Positions 1 through 8,929 of a stretch of 64,000 nt of DNA are shown piece after piece. Every line of letters starts with the position of its first letter. Position 1 is the stretch's first letter. Location of the stretch: assembly GCA_945907065.1 (NCBI GenBank), contig CAMDSC010000001.1:97190-161189 (forward strand), read 5' to 3'. This DNA comes from Chitinophaga pinensis (GTDB lineage: Bacteria; Bacteroidota; Bacteroidia; NS11-12g; UBA9320). The notes under the pieces were generated by a model. That model was not told the DNA's origin, did not search any database, and saw only the letters and a list, made by a program, of their open reading frames with translations. A program made the position numbers and the translations under genes.

Positions 1-75
1 CCTAATGAAAAGCAAGAGGCCGGCCAACTTGCAGCAAATATGGCTGATATGATTACCGTTTTAAAAATTGAATAA
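1..75 (+). CDS. 3' end of an unidentified CDS entering from upstream (partial)
   Basis: Frame 1 is open from base 1 to TAA at 73-75 (...PNEKQEAGQLAANMADMITVLKIE*). Too short to assign a family. Confidence 0.3.
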   Translation, partial: PNEKQEAGQLAANMADMITVLKIE

Positions 76-80
76 ACCCT

Positions 81-1160
81 ATGAAAGTTAACTATTCAAA
101 AGCAATATTCTGTATTGCAGCCACAGTATTATTTCTTTATTCGTGTAAGGAGGAAGACAAAGAACCAACCCCATCTGGAGCTACACCTTATACTTTAGAA
201 GTACCAAGTTTTTTTAGTCTTCCTATAATTCCTGCTGATAATCCTATGACGGTGGAAGGAGTTGCTTTAGGTAAACGATTATTTTACGATGATGTGTTAA
301 GTGGAAACAATACCCAAAATTGTGGCAGTTGTCATAATCCAACATTTGCATTTACAGATAATGGATTGCAGTTTAGCGTAGGAATTGATAAGAAAGCGGG
401 AGACAGAAACAGCATGCCTTTAATAAATTTAGCATGGGAAAAGGATTTCTTTTGGGATGGAAGGGCAAAAACTTTGGAGGAACAAGCTTTAGGACCTGTA
501 GAAAATCCAATAGAAATGCATGAGTTATGGCCCAATGCTGTTTCTGAACTTATGGCCAATTCTGAATATCCTGCTTTGTTTGAAAAGGCATTTGGAACAA
601 GAGTAATTACTAAGGAATTGGTAGCCAAAGCCATTGCACAATTTGAACGAACTATGATTAGTTCTAATTCAATATTTGATATTGATTATTTTGTTCCATC
701 ACGAACCTTGGATGTGATTAAAAATCCACAAAATGCCATCGAACGTGGAATGAAAATTTTTTACGAACACGGAGATTGCTGGCATTGTCATGGAACTGTT
801 GGTGATTATTTGTTTACTGACCGTGATTTTCACAACAATGGTTTAGATTCAGTATTTACAGATAAAGGCTTAGAAAATGTAACAAAAAATCCAATGGATA
901 GAGGCAAGTTTAAAACGCCGACGTTACGAAATGCAGAATTTTCAGCTCCATATATGCATGATGGCCGTTTTAAGACATTAGAAGAGGTTATTGAGCATTA
1001 CAATAGTGGGGTTAAAAAATCTCCAACCTTAGATCCTAATATGAAGGAGTTGGCAAAAGGATTGAATTTAAGTGCCGGTGATAAACAAGATTTATTACAA
1101 TTTTTATTATCCTTGTCAGACAAAACATTTATTAATAATCCAAAATTTAAAGAACAATAA
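81..1160 (+). CDS. Di-haem cytochrome c peroxidase (CCP/MauG family), lipoprotein
   Basis: 359-aa ORF with a signal peptide ending LYSC. Two CXXCH haem-c motifs (CGSCH and CWHCH) and a PYMHDGRFKTLEEVIEHY tail typical of bacterial CCPs. Confidence 0.9.
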   Translation: MKVNYSKAIFCIAATVLFLYSCKEEDKEPTPSGATPYTLEVPSFFSLPIIPADNPMTVEGVALGKRLFYDDVLSGNNTQNCGSCHNPTFAFTDNGLQFSVGIDKKAGDRNSMPLINLAWEKDFFWDGRAKTLEEQALGPVENPIEMHELWPNAVSELMANSEYPALFEKAFGTRVITKELVAKAIAQFERTMISSNSIFDIDYFVPSRTLDVIKNPQNAIERGMKIFYEHGDCWHCHGTVGDYLFTDRDFHNNGLDSVFTDKGLENVTKNPMDRGKFKTPTLRNAEFSAPYMHDGRFKTLEEVIEHYNSGVKKSPTLDPNMKELAKGLNLSAGDKQDLLQFLLSLSDKTFINNPKFKEQ

Positions 1161-1167
1161 AAATATC

Positions 1168-1497
1168 ATGAAAAAAATAATTTTAAGTTTAGCAATTATT
1201 ATAGCCTTTGTGACTTGTAACAGTATGGCCAACAGCAAAACCGAGTCGTTTAAAGTTTGGGGCAATTGCGGAATGTGTAAAAAAACCATTGAAAAAGCTT
1301 TGGATGCCCAAGGCATAAAAGGCGATTGGAATAAAAAAACAAAAATGATAAAAGTAACTTACGACTCAGCAAAATATACCAATCAGCAGGTGCAGGATGT
1401 AATTTGTGCAGCAGGATATGATACTGAAACATGCAAAGGCGATGATAATGCCTATAATAATTTGCATGAGTGCTGCCAATACGAGCGGAAGAAGTAA
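1168..1497 (+). CDS. Heavy-metal-associated (HMA)-like lipoprotein with a C-terminal Cys pair
   Basis: The in-frame ATG at 1168 gives MKKIILSLAIIIAFVTC (lipoprotein signal). It carries a CGMCKKTIEKAL CxxC metal-binding motif in a ferredoxin-like HMA context and a C-terminal HECCQYERKK. The track ORF start at 1072 overlaps the upstream gene and was rejected. Confidence 0.7.
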   Translation: MKKIILSLAIIIAFVTCNSMANSKTESFKVWGNCGMCKKTIEKALDAQGIKGDWNKKTKMIKVTYDSAKYTNQQVQDVICAAGYDTETCKGDDNAYNNLHECCQYERKK

Positions 1498-1526
1498 TAA
1501 TTCTTTATTGAAAAAATCTTTTTAAA

Positions 1527-1556
1527 AAGAGGGGGTAATATCAACCCCCTTTTTTA
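1527..1556 (+). terminator. Rho-independent terminator
   Basis: AAGAGGGGG (1527-1535), 9-nt loop, CCCCCTTTT, then a T-run. It lies directly after the HMA gene stop. Confidence 0.7.
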
Positions 1557-1641
1557 GTTTTGAAACTTATTACATTATGAAATGCCCATAAGAATAGATT
1601 CACATCAACAAAGAATTAAATAAAGGCATTCCATATGTCAA

Positions 1642-3678
1642 GTGATTAAAAATGAACATAAATTAAATATGAAAAAGGGGATACTTTGGTTTTTAGCTAT
1701 CATTGGCATTATAGCGGCGGGGTTATATTATTGGTTTTATCTAACGCCTGATAAAAATATAAGCGCATTTTATTTAATTCCAAAAAATGCCATGTATGTG
1801 ATAGAAACTACAACGCCCATTGAAAGCTGGAAACGGCTGTCGAAAAGTGATGTCTGGAAATTTTTAAAGAAGCAGGAGTATTTTGGAGAAATAGGGCACA
1901 ATGCCGATTTTTTAGATTCATTGATTAATGATAATTCCACCTTGTTCAGTTTGTTTGGTAATCGGGATTTGCTTATTTCAGCCCATAAAACAAAGGTTAA
2001 AGATTATGATTTTTTGTTTTTAATAAATCTTAAAAAAGGTTCAAAAATCGGATTTGTAGAGGAAACGTTGGAGCAAATACTAAAATCATCAGGACTTAAA
2101 GTCGAAACCAAAGAGTTTAAAAATAAGAGCATTTTGAGTGCTTACAATCGAGCCACCAAGGAAACACTTTACTTTTCAATTGTTCAAAATTATTTATTGT
2201 GTTCTTATACCAACCAACTTATTGAAGGTTCGATAATGGAGGTAGAAGAACCACAGTTGGGCCGGGATGAGAATTTTTTAAACATCTATAAAGAAACCGC
2301 CGAAGATGGATTGTGCAAGTTGTATATCAATTACAAATACCTCAATGATTTTATGCAATGCTACAGCGACCAGCCCAATCCGATGATTAGCGACCTTAGC
2401 AAAACAATGTATTACAGCGGGCTGAAATTAGAAATAGGAGATGATTTTGCAGGATTGGAAGGCTATACCAGTATTAACGATTCGTTGGAATCATACCTTC
2501 AAGCCCTAATGCTTTCAGGCAAAGGTGATATAAAAGCGCATGAAATATTACCAGCCCGAACGGCTATTTATCATTCATTGGGTTTTGAAAGTGGTGTAGA
2601 ATTTTATAAAAATCTGGTAGGGGTGCTGCAAAATGATGAAAGAACTTGGAATGAATTTGAGGCTAACAAAAATAAAATTGAACGATTACTGAAAATTAAC
2701 TTAGAAAGGGATATGCTCAGTTGGGTTGGTGACGAGGTAGCTTATGTTGAAAATGAACCTTCAAAATACACCGAACATTTAGACGATATAATGGTGGTGA
2801 TGAAAGCCAATAGTATTAATTATGCCAAGGAACGCTTGGATTTTATTGCTGATCAGGTAAAGAAGCGTTCACCGGCCAAGTTTAAAAAAGTAGATTATAA
2901 AGATTATACCATTAAATTTTTGGACATCAAAGGTGTGTTTAAAATGTTTTTTGGAAAACTGTTTTCAAAGCTTGAAAAACCATACTACACTGTCGTTGGC
3001 GATTATGTAGTTTTTAGTAATAACCCAAGAACTATCATCAGTTTAATCGAAGATTATGAAACAGGAAACACCTTGGGCAAGGATAAAGTGTTTCAGGATT
3101 TTCTAGATAATTTTAGCAATGAGTCTACTGTGTTTTCTTACATTTCATCCAATCGGGCGTTTCCATTATTTGTTAAAAAATTGGATGCCACAAGCAAAGC
3201 TGGAGTGGCCAAAAACGAAATTTATTTCAGGTCGTTTTCTGACATCGGATTTCAGTTGACAGAAAGGGAAGATAAATTTTTTACCAAAGTGCGTTTGAAT
3301 TTTAATGAATACAAACCGGATACTTTGGGTTCGGACATGGATAGTGCGGCAATGGCCGAAGAAGATGCCTCGATGGTGCTGGATTCGTTGGATGATATTC
3401 AGCGATTTTTGATGGCCAAGTTTGAGCATAATGTAATTCGAGATTATTATGCCAATAGTGATAATTTAAGATTTGAAGCTGAAACCAAGCGTGGAGATTT
3501 ACATGGCCGCTATCGCGAATTTTATGAAACAGGTGAGTTGAAAATTTATGGTCGTTATCGCAAAGGCGAGAAACGTGGTGTTTGGCATTATTACAATAAA
3601 GACGGAACCTTACAACGGAAGGAACGATTTGGAATAATAGGAAAAATGATAGGGAAGTTGGAAGATGAACTTGAATAA
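1642..3678 (+). CDS. Membrane-anchored hypothetical protein with C-terminal MORN-variant (YwqK-type) repeats
   Basis: 678-aa ORF with an N-terminal TM helix (GILWFLAIIGIIAAGLYYWFYL). The C-terminus GRYREFYETGELKIYGRYRKGEKRGVWHYYNKDGTL matches the MORN_2 repeat pattern. The start may instead be ATG 1669. Confidence 0.6.
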   Translation: MIKNEHKLNMKKGILWFLAIIGIIAAGLYYWFYLTPDKNISAFYLIPKNAMYVIETTTPIESWKRLSKSDVWKFLKKQEYFGEIGHNADFLDSLINDNSTLFSLFGNRDLLISAHKTKVKDYDFLFLINLKKGSKIGFVEETLEQILKSSGLKVETKEFKNKSILSAYNRATKETLYFSIVQNYLLCSYTNQLIEGSIMEVEEPQLGRDENFLNIYKETAEDGLCKLYINYKYLNDFMQCYSDQPNPMISDLSKTMYYSGLKLEIGDDFAGLEGYTSINDSLESYLQALMLSGKGDIKAHEILPARTAIYHSLGFESGVEFYKNLVGVLQNDERTWNEFEANKNKIERLLKINLERDMLSWVGDEVAYVENEPSKYTEHLDDIMVVMKANSINYAKERLDFIADQVKKRSPAKFKKVDYKDYTIKFLDIKGVFKMFFGKLFSKLEKPYYTVVGDYVVFSNNPRTIISLIEDYETGNTLGKDKVFQDFLDNFSNESTVFSYISSNRAFPLFVKKLDATSKAGVAKNEIYFRSFSDIGFQLTEREDKFFTKVRLNFNEYKPDTLGSDMDSAAMAEEDASMVLDSLDDIQRFLMAKFEHNVIRDYYANSDNLRFEAETKRGDLHGRYREFYETGELKIYGRYRKGEKRGVWHYYNKDGTLQRKERFGIIGKMIGKLEDELE

Positions 3679-3696
3679 ACCTCAGGTTTATTTTTT
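3675..3696 (+). terminator. Rho-independent terminator between convergent genes
   Basis: ATAAACC-TCA-GGTTTAT followed by TTTTT. It overlaps both stop codons (TAA 3676-3678 on +, TAA 3688-3690 on -). Confidence 0.55.
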
Positions 3697-4875
3697 AGAC
3701 TTTACAGCATCTTCAAATACCGATTGAAGTATCGGTATATATCTACGATAATCAAATTGGGCTTGGGCAACTTGCCTCCCTTTTTGACCAATAGAATTAA
3801 AGGTATCGTAGTTTTTGTAACGGTTTATAATGGCATTTTTTAGTTCTTCTGTATTATCAGGTTCAATAAGGTAGCTATTTACATTATGCTCTAAGTAGTT
3901 TTCAATATCACCTACACGGGTGCAAATAGTTGGAATACCAGTTGCTAAATATTCGCCCAACTTAGTTGGAAACCCAAAATGAGAGTAACTGTGATTGGTT
4001 CGGTTCATCACCAACAAGTCACATTTATAAAGCCATTGCGGAACTTGCTCGTAGGTAATTTGGCCTGATTTTTCAACCTGTCCGTTCAACTTATTTTTTC
4101 TTAGTTCCAGATTTATTTCTCGCTTGTGAGGGTTAAAACCAATCAATTTAAGTTTTAAATCAGGAACATATTCTATGGCATTTTTAAAGCTTTTAATAAT
4201 TCCATAAACGCCGTCTTTTGAGCCAAAGGAACCCAAATAACCAACTGTATAGGATTTTGAATTATTTGAAACTTCTTTAAAACGATTAAAATCTACAATA
4301 ATAGGAATCAAAGTTATTTTGGAAGCAGGCAAATATTGACTGTAATAATCTTTTAGCTTTTCGGAAATAACAATTAAATGGCTGCAAACATATTTAAAAA
4401 TATAAGCATCCAATCGGTCGGCATAGCTAATTATTTTTGGTAAAATATTTTTAGTAGGTACACTTTCATCTAACTCTGTTTTTTCTAGTATTAACGGAAT
4501 CCGCAGGAGTTTAGCTAAAATGTAAATATGACCAAAGAATAGTAATCGCGGGCTGTATAAAAAAATAACGTCAAAGTGTTTTCGTTTTTTTACAAGTAAT
4601 ATTGAAGAGCAAAAAACAGCTTTTGTATACGCTAAAAATCGAATTATTAAATAGGGGCTTCTTAAAACTGAACCACTTAAATAATTGAAATAGATGCCAT
4701 CAAAAAAACCTTTATTTTTTTTATTAATTTTATTGTAATTGAAAATAGTAGAACTTAAAAAAAACAGAAAAACCTGATTGCCGTTTTCTTTTAGTCCATT
4801 GGCTAATGCTCGTAGCCTAGAATTGGCAGCATTTCCTTCCTGAAAATCAATATTTGAAAACCATGCAATTCTCAA
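3688..4875 (-). CDS. Glycosyltransferase family 4 (GT-B fold)
   Basis: 395 aa. The C-terminal half has the E(x7)E-type region FGFPTKLGEYLATGIPTICTRVGDIENYL typical of GT4. It is the last gene of the minus-strand polysaccharide operon. Confidence 0.8.
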   Translation of the reverse strand: MRIAWFSNIDFQEGNAANSRLRALANGLKENGNQVFLFFLSSTIFNYNKINKKNKGFFDGIYFNYLSGSVLRSPYLIIRFLAYTKAVFCSSILLVKKRKHFDVIFLYSPRLLFFGHIYILAKLLRIPLILEKTELDESVPTKNILPKIISYADRLDAYIFKYVCSHLIVISEKLKDYYSQYLPASKITLIPIIVDFNRFKEVSNNSKSYTVGYLGSFGSKDGVYGIIKSFKNAIEYVPDLKLKLIGFNPHKREINLELRKNKLNGQVEKSGQITYEQVPQWLYKCDLLVMNRTNHSYSHFGFPTKLGEYLATGIPTICTRVGDIENYLEHNVNSYLIEPDNTEELKNAIINRYKNYDTFNSIGQKGRQVAQAQFDYRRYIPILQSVFEDAVKSKK

Positions 4876-4876
4876 C

Positions 4877-5905
4877 TTAAATTTTATTCAGATCTCTTAA
4901 TTCGTAGATACGTTCAATAATATCAACTACTTTCAATCCTTCCAGAGCATTGGTATCAATCCGACTTTTACCATTAAGTGTGTCAATCACATTTTGAATT
5001 ACATAATGATGATTGGCGGCACTTCCTTTAAATGGCCCGTAATCATTGGGCGGATTAGTTTCGGGCAATTCAGGCAAAATGTAATCTTTTATATGACAAT
5101 ATTCCACTTCGTTTAGGTATTGGCCGCCAAGCTTGATACTGCCTTTGGAACCCACTGCTGTAATGCTGCTTTCCATATTGGTGTCCCAGCAGGAGGTTGA
5201 AAAATTAATACATCCCATTCCACCGTTTACAAATTCAAAATTTACAACCCCCGTGTCTTCGAACTCGGTTAATTGCTTATGAGTAGCATTTTTAAAGGTG
5301 GCATGAATGTTTTTTATATCACCAAATATCCAATACATAATATCAACAAAATGCGAAAATTGGGTGAACAAAGTTCCGCCATCCATTTTTAACGTTCCTT
5401 TCCAATCACCGGGTTTGTAGTAGCGTTCGTCACGGTTCCAATAGCAATTTACCTGAACCATAATTATTTCACCTAATGATTTATTATCGTAAACTTCTTT
5501 TAACCACTTTGATGGTGGACTGTAGCGATTTTGCTTAACAACAAATACATTTTTTGATTGTTGTAACGATTTAAAAATAACCCTTTCACAATCCGCTTTA
5601 GTTAAACCCATTGGTTTTTCAATAACCACATGCTTGCCATGTTCCAAAGCAAAAAGTGCAATTTCACAATGAAGTCCATTGGGAGCTGCTATATTTATTA
5701 CATCCACATCTGGTTCATTCATAATCATTTCTTTATAATCGGTATAAAAATGTGGATTAAGATTTAATTCATGAAGCTTTGATTCACGAGACGGCAAAAT
5801 GTCGCAACACGCTATAATTTCAGATTCGGGATGCTCGTGTGCAATTTTGGAATGGCGTAAACCAATATGACCCAAACCAACTACAGCAAATTTAATTTTC
5901 TTCAT
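4877..5905 (-). CDS. Gfo/Idh/MocA-family NAD-dependent sugar oxidoreductase (WbpB-like nucleotide-sugar dehydrogenase candidate)
   Basis: 342 aa with an N-terminal Rossmann motif KFAVVGLGHIGLRH and an EKP motif (VVIEKPMGL). Only 1 nt separates it from the downstream GT4 gene. Confidence 0.8.
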   Translation of the reverse strand: MKKIKFAVVGLGHIGLRHSKIAHEHPESEIIACCDILPSRESKLHELNLNPHFYTDYKEMIMNEPDVDVINIAAPNGLHCEIALFALEHGKHVVIEKPMGLTKADCERVIFKSLQQSKNVFVVKQNRYSPPSKWLKEVYDNKSLGEIIMVQVNCYWNRDERYYKPGDWKGTLKMDGGTLFTQFSHFVDIMYWIFGDIKNIHATFKNATHKQLTEFEDTGVVNFEFVNGGMGCINFSTSCWDTNMESSITAVGSKGSIKLGGQYLNEVEYCHIKDYILPELPETNPPNDYGPFKGSAANHHYVIQNVIDTLNGKSRIDTNALEGLKVVDIIERIYELRDLNKI

Positions 5906-6176
5906 TTGATATTTCAGTTCGTTTAAAAATGTAATACTTTAAAATAATGTAGGTACCCGTTAATAATATAAGCACATAAGCTAGATAAATATAGCCTTCA
6001 TATCCTTGTTTTATACAAATAAACATGCCCAAATTTATTATAACCTGAACAATGGTATATAAAAATGAAACCATTAGGTGAGGCAATTTAGTGGCATGCA
6101 CAAGATCCTGAAAAAGATGCATACGGTGAGCTTGAAAAATATTTTGACCTTTCATTAATCGATAAAAAATAGTTAC
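5892..6176 (-). pseudogene. 3' fragment of a WecA/MraY-family (GT4-type) polyprenyl-phosphate sugar-phosphate transferase gene, truncated by IS21
   Basis: The frame is open right up to the IS end at 6177 (VTIFYRLMKGQNIFQAHRMHLFQDLV...). The R-x-x-x-G-x-x-x-F-x-x-x-R-x-H-[LI]-H/F motif followed by two TM helices is the usual C-terminus of this family. About 250 N-terminal residues are missing. Confidence 0.6.
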
Positions 6177-6184
6177 TGGAAAAT

Positions 6185-6322
6185 CCGCTCAAAATGACCC
6201 CTCTTGTTCGGTCTAAATTGACCCCCACTGAAAATGGATGGTTGAATTGAGATTTTCGGTCAAAACTGACCCCCTCCATTCGGTCAAAACTGACCCCCCA
6301 TTTTCGGTTTAAATTGACCCCC
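6185..6322. repeat. Left-end multiple terminal repeats of the IS21 element
   Basis: Five copies of a 19-bp motif TCGGTYWAAAYTGACCCCC at 6185, 6208, 6256, 6280 and 6304. These are probable transposase binding sites, as in IS21 L1-L3. Confidence 0.8.
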
Positions 6323-6407
6323 TGATTTTTCAAAAAATCGAAATTAATACAAAAAATTTGATCCAAAACTGATTGGTTTTCATGCATTGTAATTTTTCTT
6401 GCAATGT

Positions 6408-7991
6408 ATGGCAAACAAACCAATCGACATGAACAAATTAAAACAAATTATTCAACTTAAACAGCAAGGCCATGGTTCGAAGCGCATCAGCTCAATCAGT
6501 GGCGTATCCCGGAATGTAGTAAAGCATTATCTCAAACGACTTGCTGAACTAAATATTCACACGGTGGATTTATTAAAGTTAAATGCAGAGGATCTGCAAC
6601 AATTATTTCAACCCTTTAAACACAAGCAGCTGCCAGATCCAGCCAGACACCTGAGGCTTGAAATCTTATTACCTTCTTTGGATAAGCAACTGCGCAAGCG
6701 TGGTATGACGCTTGAAAAGGTTTATTCTACCTATATTCAAAAAGACCCAATGGGTTATAGCCGAACACAGTTCTACAAATATGTTAGAGAATACCGGCAA
6801 TGCATGACAGGCATTAGTATGCATATTGACCACAAGCCGGGTGATAAGATGTATGTAGATTATACAGGAGAGAAAATGTCAATTATAGATCCCGAAACAG
6901 GCGAAGAAACAAAAGTAGAGGTGTTTGTAGCCATTTTGGGCTTTAGCCAACTGACCTATGTAGAGGCGTCAATGAATCAGAGTCTTTACGGCTTTGTTGA
7001 GTGTTGCAAAAATGCGTTGGAATACTTTGGAGGCACCCCTGCGCTTGTTGTACCAGATAATCTTAAGTCAGCCATAACCCAGAGCAGCAAGTATGAAGCG
7101 GTAATTAATGAAGTCTTTGCCGGTTTTGCGGAGCATTACAACACCAACGTATTGCCTGCACGTCCATACAAACCCAAAGACAAATCTTTGGTAGAGGGTG
7201 CAGTAAAACTTGTTTATCAGAGAGTATTTACGGAAACGGATCAGAAAGTATTCTTTACTCTAGAACAGCTTAATAAGGCAATAAAAGTAGCATTGAACGA
7301 ACATAACAATGCCCCTTTGCGTAAAGCCGAAAGCAGAAGAGAAGTTTTTGAAAATGATGAAAAATCAGTTTTAACACCTCTTCCTATCTTACCCTATTCG
7401 CCCAGTTATGTTAAGCAGTATAAAGTTACTAAAATGGGACATATACCACTTTATGAGGATAAGAAATATTATTCCGTTCCCTATCACTTGATTGGCAAAC
7501 GCGTAAAAGTCACCTATAACGCAACATGGGTCAGAATATATTATACTGACAAGGTAGTAGCAGAACACCAAAGGTGCTACACAAGGGCAACATACATTAC
7601 AAACAAAGAACATCTTGCCTCGAACCATCGCTTTATTACGGAGTGGAATCCTGAATTCTTTATAACTAAGGGTAATGAATTAGATATTGATGTCGGTGTT
7701 TTTCTAGAAAAGCTGATGCAAAGTAAAGGACATCCAGAACAAGGCTATAAGGCTTGTAGCGGCATACTAAACCTGGGGCGAAGGGTTGGAAAAGAAAGGA
7801 TTAAAAACGCCTGCTCTAAGGCTTATAATTTAGGTATATTTACTTATCACATTGTAGAGGAACTACTCAAAAAAGGTATTGAAAAAGATGACCCACATGA
7901 GGACCTGACCATCAGAGCAACACCCAGCCATAAAAATGTAAGAGGAAAGGCTTATTACACTAAATCAGAAACAAATTTAAACAACAAATAA
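6408..7991 (+). CDS. istA: IS21-family transposase IstA
   Basis: About 527 aa from ATG 6408 (the track start 6399 is TTG). It has an N-terminal HTH (GSKRISSISGVSRNVVKHYLKR) and a central DDE integrase-like region. It lies immediately upstream of istB, the classic IS21 layout. Confidence 0.9.
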   Translation: MANKPIDMNKLKQIIQLKQQGHGSKRISSISGVSRNVVKHYLKRLAELNIHTVDLLKLNAEDLQQLFQPFKHKQLPDPARHLRLEILLPSLDKQLRKRGMTLEKVYSTYIQKDPMGYSRTQFYKYVREYRQCMTGISMHIDHKPGDKMYVDYTGEKMSIIDPETGEETKVEVFVAILGFSQLTYVEASMNQSLYGFVECCKNALEYFGGTPALVVPDNLKSAITQSSKYEAVINEVFAGFAEHYNTNVLPARPYKPKDKSLVEGAVKLVYQRVFTETDQKVFFTLEQLNKAIKVALNEHNNAPLRKAESRREVFENDEKSVLTPLPILPYSPSYVKQYKVTKMGHIPLYEDKKYYSVPYHLIGKRVKVTYNATWVRIYYTDKVVAEHQRCYTRATYITNKEHLASNHRFITEWNPEFFITKGNELDIDVGVFLEKLMQSKGHPEQGYKACSGILNLGRRVGKERIKNACSKAYNLGIFTYHIVEELLKKGIEKDDPHEDLTIRATPSHKNVRGKAYYTKSETNLNNK

Positions 7992-7992
7992 A

Positions 7993-8727
7993 ATGAACGA
8001 ACAAACACTAGAAAAAATGAGCAGTATGCGCCTTTATGGTATGCAAAGAAGCTTCCGGCAAGTCGTTGACACGTCACGATTAAATGAATTAACAGCCGAT
8101 GAACTCGTTAGTCAATTGGTAGAAAGTGAATGGGATGACAGACATAATAGGGCTGTTGACCGAAGTCTTAAAAATGCAAGGTTCCGCTACAAGGCATCCA
8201 TTGAAATGATTGATTACTCCATCGACAGGGGCTTAGATCCAAATTTGATAAACAGGTTGGCAGAATGCACCTATCTGGATAATCACCAAAGTCTGATTAT
8301 TACAGGAAGCACAGGAACAGGCAAGAGCTTTATTGCTTCAGCTTTAGGCAACCAAGCCTGCTTAAAGGGCTATAAAGTTCTTTATGCTAACACAACCCGT
8401 CTGCTAAGTCAATTGAAACTCGCAAAGGCGGATGGTTCAAGTTTACAAGAACTAGCCAAAATTGAAAAACAGGATTTGCTAATATTAGACGATTTTGGAA
8501 TACAGCCTTTTGATGCTGCTGGTCGAATGATATTAATGGATATCATTGAAGACAGACATAGTAAGCGGTCCACAATAATTGCAGGTCAGATTCCAATAAG
8601 CGAATGGTATGATATCATTGGAGAAGGAACCTTAGCTGATGCTATTCTTGACCGTATCGTACATGAGGCTCATATGATCGAGTTAAAAGGTGAATCACTT
8701 CGCAGAAAAAAGAAACTTGATTTATAA
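7993..8727 (+). CDS. istB: IS21-family helper ATPase IstB
   Basis: 244 aa with Walker A GSTGTGKS and Walker B LLILDDFG, the IstB/DnaC-like AAA+ pattern. Confidence 0.9.
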   Translation: MNEQTLEKMSSMRLYGMQRSFRQVVDTSRLNELTADELVSQLVESEWDDRHNRAVDRSLKNARFRYKASIEMIDYSIDRGLDPNLINRLAECTYLDNHQSLIITGSTGTGKSFIASALGNQACLKGYKVLYANTTRLLSQLKLAKADGSSLQELAKIEKQDLLILDDFGIQPFDAAGRMILMDIIEDRHSKRSTIIAGQIPISEWYDIIGEGTLADAILDRIVHEAHMIELKGESLRRKKKLDL

Positions 8728-8793
8728 TTTTTTTTAAACTTTTTTTGAATAAAAATCAATCAGTTTTTGGACAACTTTTTTTGTATTAAATCA

Positions 8794-8844
8794 GGGGGTC
8801 AGTTTTGACCGAATAAAGGGGGGCTGATTGGGTGAATTTTTCCA
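8794..8844. repeat. Right-end terminal repeats of the IS21 element
   Basis: GGGGGTCAGTTTTGACCGA (8794-8812) is the exact reverse complement of the left-end motif. A degenerate terminal copy lies at 8818-8834 and the element ends ...TCCA at 8844. Confidence 0.8.
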
Positions 8845-8904
8845 TTTAGCTATGTCCATCGCTAATTTCCATACCGGCATATCTTCAAAACTTATATATT
8901 TCAT
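8845..8904 (-). pseudogene. First 20 codons of a four-helix-bundle (23S rRNA IVS protein family) gene, cut by the IS21 right end
   Basis: The minus strand reads ATG(8904) MKYISFEDMPVWKLAMDIAK and then runs into the IS terminus. F-E-D-x-x-VW-K-x-A is the characteristic N-terminus of this family (compare MAKEYSFEKLTVWQDS at 10310). Confidence 0.6.
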
Positions 8905-8929
8905 TATTCCCTTAACCTTAATTTCAGCC

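Larger units (their letters stand above)
6177..8844 (+). mobile_element. IS21-family insertion sequence, apparently intact (2668 bp)
   Basis: The termini TGGAAAAT...ATTTTTCCA (5'-TG/CA-3') form imperfect inverted repeats. Multiple 19-bp subterminal repeats are present, and the istA and istB ORFs are complete and separated by 1 nt. Confidence 0.9.

Noticed and set aside
1072-1167. N-terminal extension of the HMA lipoprotein ORF (track start 1072)
   Set aside because: It overlaps the 3' end of the peroxidase gene and encodes non-signal-like sequence. The ATG at 1168 gives a clean lipoprotein signal peptide.
5892-6155. Stand-alone 87-aa gene
   Set aside because: The frame stays open upstream to the IS junction at 6176, and the sequence is the C-terminal part of a WecA/MraY-type transferase. 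It is called a truncated pseudogene instead.
6088-6423. 111-aa minus-strand ORF with repetitive GVSFDR/GVNLDR peptide
   Set aside because: It is a translation of the IS21 left-end 19-bp terminal repeats and crosses the IS boundary. This is an artefact of repeat periodicity, not a gene.
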